A stretch of DNA of 64,000 bases from Blastocatellia bacterium (lineage in GTDB: Bacteria; Acidobacteriota; Blastocatellia; Chloracidobacteriales; JADJPF01), in the NCBI GenBank assembly GCA_039812885.1, contig JBDIBI010000003.1, positions 143,237 to 207,236 on the forward strand, in the 5' to 3' direction. Numbering within the stretch: position 1 is the first letter of the stretch; every line of letters starts with the position of its first letter. The position numbers and the translations under genes were made by a program. Positions 54,317-62,658 of this stretch are shown here, in pieces. Below the pieces are notes generated by a model. That model had not been told where the DNA came from, made no database searches, and saw nothing but the letters and a program-made list of their open reading frames with translations.

Positions 54317-55861
54317 TTAAGTAGTTGATTTAGTTAAAGAATCCTTTAATTTGTTGCGTTCTAATTTTCCCATAGCATTACGAGGCAGTGATTGAACAAA
54401 ACAGTATTGTTTAGGTCGCTTATAAGCAGCTAGCTGTTCTTGGCAAGCTACTTTTAAGTTATCTTCTAGAGCTTTAGTGTCAGTCTTATCATTAGTGACT
54501 ATGCAGGCTACAATCTTTTCCCCCAAATCTATATCAGGAATTGAGGTTACAGCACATTCTAAAACTAATGGATTTTTTTCTAGTACAGTTTCTATTTCTC
54601 CTGGAGTTACATTGCTACCACCAACAATAATTAACTCTTTTATTCTTCCTACAATTGATAAATAACCATCACTATCAAATTGTCCTAAATCTCCTGTGCG
54701 AAACCATCCATTATGAAATGCTAAGCTAGTGTTTTCAGGATCTTTATAGTAACCAGAAAAAACATTTTCACCTTTTACCCAAATTTCCCCAATGCTATTT
54801 TCCTTCACAGGTATGAGAGTTTGTGGATCTACAATACAGATATCTACTCCTGAAAGAGGTAGTCCCACAGTCCCAGCTTTACGTACTTTGTTTAGAGGGT
54901 TTGAGGCATTAAAAAGAGTTTCTGTTAAACCATAGCGTTCTAAAATTGTAAAACCAAACTGGGTATTAAACTGGCTAAATGTTTCCTTAGAAAGAGGTGC
55001 TGAGCCAGAAATAAATAGTCGAATTGATGAAAGATCAAAATCTCCTTCAATACTAAGCATTCGATGATACATTGTTGGTACGCCCATAAAAAGGCTAATT
55101 TTATATTCTGTAATAGCTGAGAGAACAGTTAAAGGCTCAAACTTTTCTAGTAAAAAACAACTATTTCCTGCTAGTAGACTTCCGTAAATGCCTAAACCTA
55201 AGCCATGTATATGGTGAGGAGGCAATGCATGTAAAAGGCTATCTTGCTCACTAAAGTTCCAAGTAGAAATCAACAATGTTTCTAGGTTAGAAATGAGACT
55301 ATTATGAGTAATTCCAACTCCTTTAGGTTTGCCTGTTGTTCCACTTGTAAAAACAAGCAAGGCAATGTCTTCTTTATCAATTGGGCATATTTCTGTAACA
55401 GGAGATGAATTGCTTAAGACATTGTTAAACTCAACACATTTTTCTAAGTTTGTAGCAGTTAGACAATCAACCCACCAACTACCACTAATAGAATTTACTA
55501 GGTGTGGGCTATTAGTTAAAATTTCTGGTTTAGTAATTGCAAGGCGGCTTTCTGCTTTATTTAGAACTTGCTGAATTTCTATACTTGTTAGTGCTGGATT
55601 AAGAGGGACAATAATAGCTCCTACAGCTAAAAGTGCTATATGCAAAGGGAAAAGAGAAGGGGATTTACCCAAAGATAGAATAACTCTATCGCCTTTATTA
55701 ATACCATAACTTTTTAATGCTCCTATCCAGTGATAGGTTTGCTCTAAGAGTTCTTTTTTGGTTCTTTGCCAAGAGATTTTTCCATCTGCTGAGAGTCCTG
55801 CCAAAATTACTCTGTCTTCTTGCCTTTGTAAATTTACAATAAATTTCTCTGAGATATTCAT
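54317..55861 (-). CDS. AMP-dependent acyl-CoA synthetase/ligase
   Basis: LVFTSGTTGKPKGV (AMP-binding motif), YGLTET, GWFRTGDLG, and the terminal PRNAMGKL motif. Confidence 0.85.
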   Translation of the reverse strand: MNISEKFIVNLQRQEDRVILAGLSADGKISWQRTKKELLEQTYHWIGALKSYGINKGDRVILSLGKSPSLFPLHIALLAVGAIIVPLNPALTSIEIQQVLNKAESRLAITKPEILTNSPHLVNSISGSWWVDCLTATNLEKCVEFNNVLSNSSPVTEICPIDKEDIALLVFTSGTTGKPKGVGITHNSLISNLETLLISTWNFSEQDSLLHALPPHHIHGLGLGIYGSLLAGNSCFLLEKFEPLTVLSAITEYKISLFMGVPTMYHRMLSIEGDFDLSSIRLFISGSAPLSKETFSQFNTQFGFTILERYGLTETLFNASNPLNKVRKAGTVGLPLSGVDICIVDPQTLIPVKENSIGEIWVKGENVFSGYYKDPENTSLAFHNGWFRTGDLGQFDSDGYLSIVGRIKELIIVGGSNVTPGEIETVLEKNPLVLECAVTSIPDIDLGEKIVACIVTNDKTDTKALEDNLKVACQEQLAAYKRPKQYCFVQSLPRNAMGKLERNKLKDSLTKSTT

Positions 55862-56162
55862 ATGATTACTAGTGTATGATTATGTAATATGCGAAAAAAT
55901 TCCAACTTAAATGTAAATTTTCGCAACAAAAAGAGAAAAATAACCAAGTTAAAATTAATTATATAAACACAAATGATTGTAACAGGTTGATTATAAATAA
56001 GATAGTAGTTCAAAACATATTTTATAAAATCATTTGTCAATAAATTTTACTTAAGTACAGAATTATCTATTTAGGGCACAACTATAAATACTATGATGAA
56101 GAAAATCAACAATTTAAAGTAAGTCAAAATCACCAGGTTTTAAGCTTAAAGTAGGCTTGAAT

Positions 56163-56178
56163 TGGTATGTTGTTTGCA
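56163..56178 (+). promoter_or_regulatory. Sigma54-type (-24/-12) promoter upstream of hsp20
   Basis: TGGTATgttgtTTGCA matches TGGCAC-N5-TTGCA with the correct GG-to-GC spacing. It lies 42 nt upstream of the ATG at 56220, and the RBS aaggagg is at 56207-56213. Confidence 0.5.
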
Positions 56179-56219
56179 AATGTCAAAGGTGCAAGGTCGT
56201 TTCAGAAAGGAGGTAAAAT

Positions 56220-56786
56220 ATGAACAAGGCAATGGAGAAAACCACAACGACAAAAGAAGAACCCAAAGCCATGGAACGAAAAGGATTCTTCACTCCAGGC
56301 TTCTTTATGACTCCGTACAATTTCTTTAATGCAAATCCTTTTGAGCTTATGAAGGAAATTACAGAAGAAATGGACAAGAGATTTGAGAGCTTTGGATTAT
56401 GGCGCGATGAAGGAAAAATGTTTGACTGGAAACCTGCCATTGAAGTGTTCAAAAAAGACGGTAACCTGTTTGTTCGAGCAGAATTACCAGGAATGACCAA
56501 AGAAGAGATTAAAGTCGAAGTTGAGGAAAATAAGCTAATTATTCGTGGCGAACGTAAGAAAGAAGAAAAAGAAGAAAAGAAAGACTATTATCGCTCTGAG
56601 GTTTCCTATGGCCACTTCTATAGAACGGTTTTGTTACCAGAAGGAACAAAAGTAGAAGCTATAGAAGCTAAATTTAACAATGGTGTACTAGAAGTTACAG
56701 TTCCAGTACCAGAAGTTGTTAAAGAAGAGCCAAAGAAGAAGGAGGTTCCTATTGGCGAAGCAGCTGCTAAGGCAGCAAAAGCCTAA
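56220..56786 (+). CDS. Small heat-shock protein (Hsp20/alpha-crystallin family)
   Basis: Alpha-crystallin domain WKPAIEVFKKDGNLFVRAELPGMTKEEIKVEVEENKLIIRGER...AKFNNGVLEVTVP. Confidence 0.9.
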   Translation: MNKAMEKTTTTKEEPKAMERKGFFTPGFFMTPYNFFNANPFELMKEITEEMDKRFESFGLWRDEGKMFDWKPAIEVFKKDGNLFVRAELPGMTKEEIKVEVEENKLIIRGERKKEEKEEKKDYYRSEVSYGHFYRTVLLPEGTKVEAIEAKFNNGVLEVTVPVPEVVKEEPKKKEVPIGEAAAKAAKA

Positions 56787-56900
56787 AACTTTGGTTTGTG
56801 AGATAAAAAATCTACAGTTGCTTAACTTTATAGATGGCCTTTTTTAAGGCACTAACTCTAAACTTCCTACTTCCCTAAGCAGAAGTGAAAAGTAAGCAAG

Positions 56901-56936
56901 CTAACCTCAAGCCGCCCGGCTTGGGGTTAGTGTTTT
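56901..56936 (+). terminator. Intrinsic terminator after hsp20
   Basis: ctaacctcaagcc-gccc-ggcttggggttag, a 13-bp stem with one G-U pair, followed by tgtttt. Confidence 0.6.
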
Positions 56937-56955
56937 AAATGGCTAAAATCTTTTC

Positions 56956-56984
56956 TTGACAAAAATAAGAGATGTGTTTAAGGT
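56956..56984 (+). promoter_or_regulatory. Sigma70-like promoter of a short non-coding unit
   Basis: TTGACA (56956-56961), 17-nt spacer, TAAGGT (56979-56984). Confidence 0.4.
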
Positions 56985-56989
56985 AAAGA

Positions 56990-57092
56990 GAACAATTTAT
57001 TTGTGGCGATTTACAGCAAATTGCTCCACGTTAAAAACTGCTAAAAAGCTGGGAGATTTTAACCCCTGTGCTATTTAGCGCAGGGGTTTTTA
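56990..57092 (+). ncRNA. Candidate roughly 100-nt sRNA or terminator-containing leader of the DinB-family gene
   Basis: Bounded by the promoter above and a strong intrinsic terminator, cccctgtgc-tattta-gcgcagggg plus tttttagctttt (57063-57092). There is an internal hairpin gcgattt-acagc-aaattgc and no ORF of meaningful length. Confidence 0.35.
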
Positions 57093-57152
57093 GCTTTTAA
57101 AGTCTTTCAGTTTTCTGCTTTTGCTTTAATAACCACTCTAAGGAGAAAAACT

Positions 57153-57674
57153 GTGATTAACAATTTACCTATTACTTGTCAACAAGAGGATAAACTAGAG
57201 CTAGTAGAGGACTACATTTCTAAATTAGAACAAACTCACAACCAATTATCTGATTTAATAAAATCTCTTCCTAAAGGTGCTTTTACTTGGCAACCAATAC
57301 TTACCACACAAAACATTGCTATGTTATTGCTTCACATAGCTTATACAGAAGCTTATTGGCTTGGAGAGACTATTTCAGAAGAAGCTAAATCTTATCTTTG
57401 GGATGATGCTAAACCAAAAACTATTCTATCTGTTCCAGAAAAACGCTGTGAATGGTATTTAGATTTAATGGATGGTGTTCGTTACCATACTATAAAGAAA
57501 ATAAAACAATTATCTGATTCTAAGTATATTAGCTTAAGAAACGAAAAAGGTGTAGAACGCTACCCTATTAGTTGGGTTTTATGGCATTTAATGGAACATG
57601 AAACACATCATCGAGGTCAAATAGCTTTATTAAAAAATTGGTATCAACAAACTTATACACCAGTTTATGCTTAG
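57153..57674 (+). CDS. DinB/YfiT-like metal-dependent hydrolase family protein
   Basis: 173 aa. IAMLLLHIAYTEAYW and WHLMEHETHHRGQIALL (His triad of the DinB fold). GTG start with RBS aaggag. Confidence 0.7.
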   Translation: MINNLPITCQQEDKLELVEDYISKLEQTHNQLSDLIKSLPKGAFTWQPILTTQNIAMLLLHIAYTEAYWLGETISEEAKSYLWDDAKPKTILSVPEKRCEWYLDLMDGVRYHTIKKIKQLSDSKYISLRNEKGVERYPISWVLWHLMEHETHHRGQIALLKNWYQQTYTPVYA

Positions 57675-57744
57675 TCAATAACCCTGAAGTAGATTATTTG
57701 GGTAAATGTCTATTTCAGGGTTATTTATAGGATTTATTAGGGGT

Positions 57745-59451
57745 TTAGCCTAGTGTAGGGCTGTCAGGTGATGCAGGTTGAGCAGCATTTGATTCAGATA
57801 CTAGAATTTTGGTTTGGTTTCTTACAATAGGCTTAAATTCTACACCTATAGTTTTAGAAAGCCTTTCAGCTAAATCTATAGCTGTTGGGCGTTCTTTAGG
57901 ATCTTTTTTTAGCGTTTGCATAACAATTTCTTCAACTTCTACTGGGATATCTGAATTTATTTTTCTTAATGGTGGAGGTGGATCGCTAAGATGCATTTGT
58001 ATGGTTTTCCAAAGATCATCTGAGCGAAAAGGTACTTTTCCGCATAACATTTGATATAACATAACTCCTACACTGTAAATATCAGATGAATCCTCACAAA
58101 TATTATGAAGTAAACGTTCTGGGGACATATAAGTAGGTGTACCTACAAGCCCACCTCCCATAGTTAGATTGTTCATTGCTACACCTTCAATTTCACCTTG
58201 TAGTTTAGCAATACCAAAATCAACTACTTTAATAACTTCACCTTGTTCTGAATGGTGAAGGAAAATGTTATCAGGTTTTATATCTCTATGGATTATTCCT
58301 GCTGAGTGTGCTTTAGCTAGTACATTACAAACAGGAATAATTATTTCAGCACAACGTTTTGGAGTTAAATGATCATATCTTTTAATCTCTTGTGTAAGGG
58401 TACATCCATTAAGTAATTCCATTGTAATGTAAGCAATTCCACCTGAAATACCAGAATCTAAAACTTCAATAGCATTACTATGGTTAACTCTACAAGCTAG
58501 AATGGCTTCTAGTTGGAAGCGCTCTAGTCCTTCAGCTGTGGCATTGCCAGCCATTGGTTGAAAAACTTTTACTGCTACTAACCGTTTGGTAACTAAGTGA
58601 GTAGCTCGAAAGACTGCTCCAAAACCACCTGTTCCAATTTTCTCATCTAGTCTGTATTTTCCATCCAAAACAGTCCCAGGCAAAGCTTCTGATAGAGCAG
58701 AAAAGATTAAATTTGCCCTTTTATAAGACTGCATAAGTTCTTCATTTTTATTATTAAGCTCCTTATTCTTACCTGCTAACTCTTGATTTTTATCCGCTAA
58801 TTCTAGATTTTTCTTTTCTGTTTCTGAATTAGCTTTTTTAAGTTCTTCTAATGTTTCAGCAAGTTTACTCTCTGCTTTTAGTGCAGCTCTATCACTAGCA
58901 AAAATTGATAGTGATATTACAAAAATAAAAATTAACAAATTCATTATGTTAAAAGTATTTAATATAAGTGGAGATAAAACTTTTGTAGGTACAGAAATTT
59001 GAGCATAGTAATTTAGGCAAATATATGTTAGTGCAATTGCAATAGCTAAAGCTATTTTAAGAGAGAGTTTTTTTGAGGGTGAAGCAAAAACGGCTACTAC
59101 CAAACCTAAAATATAATACTGAAACCCAGAAGCTAATCCTAAGGTATATACACATACTATTGCATGGGAAATAATTTCAAGTGCTGCTAAGCCAATACTA
59201 AAGATTAAGAACCCTCTTAGGTTAAATGCTATTGCACTTAGAAATAGTAAACAACTTCCAATATTAAAAAAAGCAAGTGAGTTTACTCCAACTAATGCAA
59301 ATGATGCCAGCAAAGCCCCATGTGAAAAAAAGGCAAGAATATAAATATAGTTGGTTAAAACATAGTAACGGTAGTTTTCTTTAGAGAGCCCTTCAGGCAA
59401 ACTAGAAAATTTTTCTATGAAAGTTTTAAAATATGATGTCGATTTTTCCAT
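57745..59451 (-). CDS. Polytopic-membrane sensor Ser/Thr kinase (multi-TM N-terminus, coiled coil, kinase)
   Basis: About 6 hydrophobic helices, then a coiled coil (ELKKANSETEKKNLELADKNQELAGKNKELNNKNEEL). Kinase motifs GTGGFGAVF, VAVKVF, HRDIKPDN, DFGIAK, GTPTYMSPE. The linker plus kinase region is closely similar to that of the 33760..37431 gene. Confidence 0.8.
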   Translation of the reverse strand: MEKSTSYFKTFIEKFSSLPEGLSKENYRYYVLTNYIYILAFFSHGALLASFALVGVNSLAFFNIGSCLLFLSAIAFNLRGFLIFSIGLAALEIISHAIVCVYTLGLASGFQYYILGLVVAVFASPSKKLSLKIALAIAIALTYICLNYYAQISVPTKVLSPLILNTFNIMNLLIFIFVISLSIFASDRAALKAESKLAETLEELKKANSETEKKNLELADKNQELAGKNKELNNKNEELMQSYKRANLIFSALSEALPGTVLDGKYRLDEKIGTGGFGAVFRATHLVTKRLVAVKVFQPMAGNATAEGLERFQLEAILACRVNHSNAIEVLDSGISGGIAYITMELLNGCTLTQEIKRYDHLTPKRCAEIIIPVCNVLAKAHSAGIIHRDIKPDNIFLHHSEQGEVIKVVDFGIAKLQGEIEGVAMNNLTMGGGLVGTPTYMSPERLLHNICEDSSDIYSVGVMLYQMLCGKVPFRSDDLWKTIQMHLSDPPPPLRKINSDIPVEVEEIVMQTLKKDPKERPTAIDLAERLSKTIGVEFKPIVRNQTKILVSESNAAQPASPDSPTLG

Positions 59452-59678
59452 TAAATTAGCCCTCTTAAACTTTGCTCATTAAAATGCTAGGACAGGAGAG
59501 TTATCTACAGAGTAATTCGAGTCAGAATTTTATAGGTTAAAATAGCATTTAGCAAAGATTTTTACTGGTTTATTTGATAGTTGATTTTAAGCAAATCTAA
59601 CAGAAAAACAGAAGGCTTAATAGAGGCTAGGAGGTGGGTTATAAGGTAGTACCTACTAGATACTACCTTGTGCAAAAA

Positions 59679-60863
59679 CTAACGTGGGGTAATACCATTC
59701 ATTTGTTGAATTTGTTGTTGTCGTTGTTTTAGGATTTCTTGACGTTGTTGCAAAAGCATTTGATTCATTTTCTTGAATTGTTCTTGTTGTCGTTTAATAT
59801 CATCATCTGTTTGACCAAGTATAGCTCTAGGATTTGAACTTGTGTTGCCCATAGCTTGGTTTAAATCAATTACATTTTGCTCTTGAGAAGGATCATAATT
59901 TTGGTTGTATTGTTCAGCTTGTGTATAAGCAGTATTTTGGTAAAGATTTGCTGGAGTAACACTAGCAACACCACCGCTTGAAATTTCATCTTTCATCTTA
60001 ACTGGCCAGCGTACACCAAGAGCTTCTTTAACATCTTCTAATTCCATATTGCCTTTAGAAATGGAAACGACTTTCCAATTAGTGAATATGACATCGCCTA
60101 CTTTAGCTGTACTGGTTGGTTTGGTATCACTTTCTGATAAAACAGCATTAGGATTTCCATCTCTATCAGTAAAATGGCCTATCATCTTAAACAATGAGTT
60201 AGGATTTTTAGGCTCAGCAACAGGGATTTGCAAAACATTGGAAAAGAAAGCTTGCTCTTGACCAGGTTTTTTAATCTCAAAACGAAGCATTCCTTGATTT
60301 GAAAAATAACTTTGTGGCACTGTAGCCTTAATTTGATGATCATTTACCAAAATAGTTTGAGCAAAATTAGGATTCCCGTTTAAGTAAAGCCTCATATCCA
60401 ACGAGAAATTGCTTCCATTAACTACTACCTCAAAAGGTGCTGTACGAGCATAAACTGAGCTAGGGCTAATAGAAGTTAACTGTATTGTTGGAGGAGGTGG
60501 AGGTGGTGTTGGTTTAGGAGATGGAGGTGGTGGATATTCAAAAAGGTTTCGACCAACACTTATGTCGCTAGCCTTTCTAGCTAATCCATTCATATCAAGC
60601 AGCCCAGGCACAGGTTCAGGTTGTTCATTTGATGTAGCTTGAGGTTTTTGTTGTGGTTGACTGCTACCACTTTGATCAAGTTGATCCCAAGGGATTCTCC
60701 CATTTTTTGCTTGATCTGTATCAGCGGCTGGTGCAGGAATTGCACTTGTTACAAAGTACTGATAGACTAGAACAACTGCTACAACTGAACATAACACGCC
60801 TAGGATAAGAAGTTTCTTTTTTACATCTGGTTCTGGTGTTGCTGGTTTTTTTGGTTTATTCAT
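59679..60863 (-). CDS. Membrane-anchored protein with Pro-rich linker, IPT/TIG-like domain and Gln-rich C-terminus
   Basis: TM LLILGVLCSVVAVVLVYQYFV, PPPPSPKPTPPPPPPT, an Ig-like segment ISPSSVYARTAPFEVVVNGSNFSLDMRLYLNG, and a C-terminal QQEQFKKMNQMLLQQRQEILKQRQQQIQQ. Confidence 0.5.
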   Translation of the reverse strand: MNKPKKPATPEPDVKKKLLILGVLCSVVAVVLVYQYFVTSAIPAPAADTDQAKNGRIPWDQLDQSGSSQPQQKPQATSNEQPEPVPGLLDMNGLARKASDISVGRNLFEYPPPPSPKPTPPPPPPTIQLTSISPSSVYARTAPFEVVVNGSNFSLDMRLYLNGNPNFAQTILVNDHQIKATVPQSYFSNQGMLRFEIKKPGQEQAFFSNVLQIPVAEPKNPNSLFKMIGHFTDRDGNPNAVLSESDTKPTSTAKVGDVIFTNWKVVSISKGNMELEDVKEALGVRWPVKMKDEISSGGVASVTPANLYQNTAYTQAEQYNQNYDPSQEQNVIDLNQAMGNTSSNPRAILGQTDDDIKRQQEQFKKMNQMLLQQRQEILKQRQQQIQQMNGITPR

Positions 60864-61024
60864 AACTTTTACTAATGAATACAGAAAAAATTAAAGGAAT
60901 ATTGCAGCTACTAACAAATAGCCCACAAATTTTGATAATAACTGTGTATGTGTAGTAACTGCAACTAAATTCTTCTTAAGCTTTGCACGCAGTTGATTGT
61001 TATGAGTTCCAAAAGATTTGCTAA

Positions 61025-61053
61025 AAGCTGGAATAAAATTTTTACTCCAGCTT
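61025..61053 (-). terminator. Putative intrinsic terminator after lpdA
   Basis: aagctgga-(13 nt)-tccagctt, an 8-bp stem 9 nt past the minus-strand stop. On the minus strand it is followed by ttagcaaatctttt. Confidence 0.45.
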
Positions 61054-61061
61054 AATAGATC

Positions 61062-62462
61062 TTAAAAGTTAATCATATGGCCTACTAAACCATGAGCTGC
61101 TTCTTTGATTGCTTCGCTTAGAGTTGGATGAGCATGAACATTGCGAGCTACTTCTTCAGCTGTTAATTCCCATTTTTGAGCTAGAGTTAATTCTGGAAGC
61201 AATTCTGTAACATCTGGCCCAATCATATGAGCGCCTAACAATTCGCCATATTTACTATCACTAATTAATTTTACAAAACCAGTAGCATCACCTAAGCCAT
61301 GAGCTTTACCATTAGCTTGGAATGGGAATTTAGCTACTTTAATATCATAGCCTTTTTCACGGGCTTGTTTTTCAGTGTAGCCAAAACTAGCGATCTGAGG
61401 TTGGCAATAAGTAGCACGTGGCATCATATCAAAATCAAGCTCAATGCTTTCTACTCCAGCAATATTTTCTGCTGCAATTATACCCATTGCTTCTGCCACA
61501 TGAGCAAGCATCAGTTTAGCTGTAACATCCCCAATAGCATAAATATGCCCAACATTAGTTTGCATTTTATTGTTTATAGCAATTGCACCGCGATCAGTTA
61601 ATTTTACTCCAGTATTTTCTAAACCATAGCCTTCTACACGTGGCTTAAAGCCAATTGCTTGAAGCACTTTGTCAGCCTCTAAGGTTTGTTGTGTTCCATC
61701 CGCTTTAGTTACTGTTACTTTTACATTGTTACCTGTGTCTTCAATTTTATCAACACGGGTTTTGGTCATTATTTTTATTCCACTACGTTCATATTGTTTA
61801 TGTAATTCTGCGGATACCTCTTCATCTTCTAATGGAACAACTTTGTCTAAAAATTCAATAATAGTTACATCTACATCATAGTTTTTCATTACATAAGCAA
61901 ACTCAACTCCAATTGCTCCTGCTCCTGCAATAATAATACTATTAGGTAAGTGATCTGTCATAATTTGTTCTTCATAAGTAACAACTCGTTCACTTAGTTT
62001 AGATCCTGGGATTAAGCGGGTAGTAGTTCCAGTAGCGATAATACAATGCTTAAACTTAAGGGTTTCTTCCCCACCTTTATTTAATTTAACGGTCATAGTG
62101 TGGGGATCAGTAAAGTTTGCCCAACCTTCATATTCATCAATTTTATTTTTACGCATTAGAAAATGTACGCCTTTAACGCGACCATCTGCTACTTTACGGC
62201 TGCGACGGAAAGCTTCACCAAAGTCAAAAGTAACTTTGCCTTCTACTTTAATCCCAAAAGTCTTAGCTTCTTTCTTAAAAATATGAGCTAATTCTGCGTT
62301 TCTAAGCAAAGCCTTGGATGGAATACAGCCAACATTAAGACAAACTCCTCCCCAGTATTGTTTCTCTACAATAGCAGTTTTAAATCCAAGTTGACTGGCT
62401 CTGATAGCCGCAACATAACCTCCTGGCCCAGCTCCTAACACAATAACATCATATTCTTTCAC
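61062..62462 (-). CDS. lpdA: Dihydrolipoyl dehydrogenase (E3 component)
   Basis: [23 protein letters not shown]...[16 protein letters not shown] redox-active disulfide motif and the C-terminal HAHPTLSE motif. Confidence 0.9.
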   Translation of the reverse strand: MKEYDVIVLGAGPGGYVAAIRASQLGFKTAIVEKQYWGGVCLNVGCIPSKALLRNAELAHIFKKEAKTFGIKVEGKVTFDFGEAFRRSRKVADGRVKGVHFLMRKNKIDEYEGWANFTDPHTMTVKLNKGGEETLKFKHCIIATGTTTRLIPGSKLSERVVTYEEQIMTDHLPNSIIIAGAGAIGVEFAYVMKNYDVDVTIIEFLDKVVPLEDEEVSAELHKQYERSGIKIMTKTRVDKIEDTGNNVKVTVTKADGTQQTLEADKVLQAIGFKPRVEGYGLENTGVKLTDRGAIAINNKMQTNVGHIYAIGDVTAKLMLAHVAEAMGIIAAENIAGVESIELDFDMMPRATYCQPQIASFGYTEKQAREKGYDIKVAKFPFQANGKAHGLGDATGFVKLISDSKYGELLGAHMIGPDVTELLPELTLAQKWELTAEEVARNVHAHPTLSEAIKEAAHGLVGHMINF

Positions 62463-62596
62463 AATAAGACCCTCCTAAAATTTTAACTATATAAAAAGAA
62501 CTTCTACAAAATCGCTATAATGAATTATAACTGATTTTTTGTAAATGTTGATTGGTTGCAGATTAAGTACTTAAAACTACACTTTAAAATAGTAAA

Positions 62597-62634
62597 TACT
62601 GCTATCTATCGAACAATACTACTAGATAGCAGTA
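62597..62634 (-). terminator. Intrinsic terminator after the partial kinase-membrane gene
   Basis: Perfect 12-bp stem tactgctatcta-(14 nt)-tagatagcagta. On the minus strand it is followed by tttactatttt. Confidence 0.55.
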
Positions 62635-62658
62635 CTACTTTAAGCTATTATCTATATC

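Noticed and set aside
55858-56500. Minus-strand ORFs at 55858-56040 and 56183-56500.
   Set aside because: The first is in a very AT-rich intergenic region and has an Ile/Phe/Asn/Leu-rich translation. The second is antisense to hsp20 and its promoter or RBS region.
59643-59669. The hairpin aaggtagta-(9 nt)-tactacctt just downstream of the 394-aa minus-strand gene, considered as a terminator.
   Set aside because: The 9-bp stem is perfect, but there is no U-tract on either strand after it. It might be a Rho-independent-like stabiliser, but I cannot support a terminator call.
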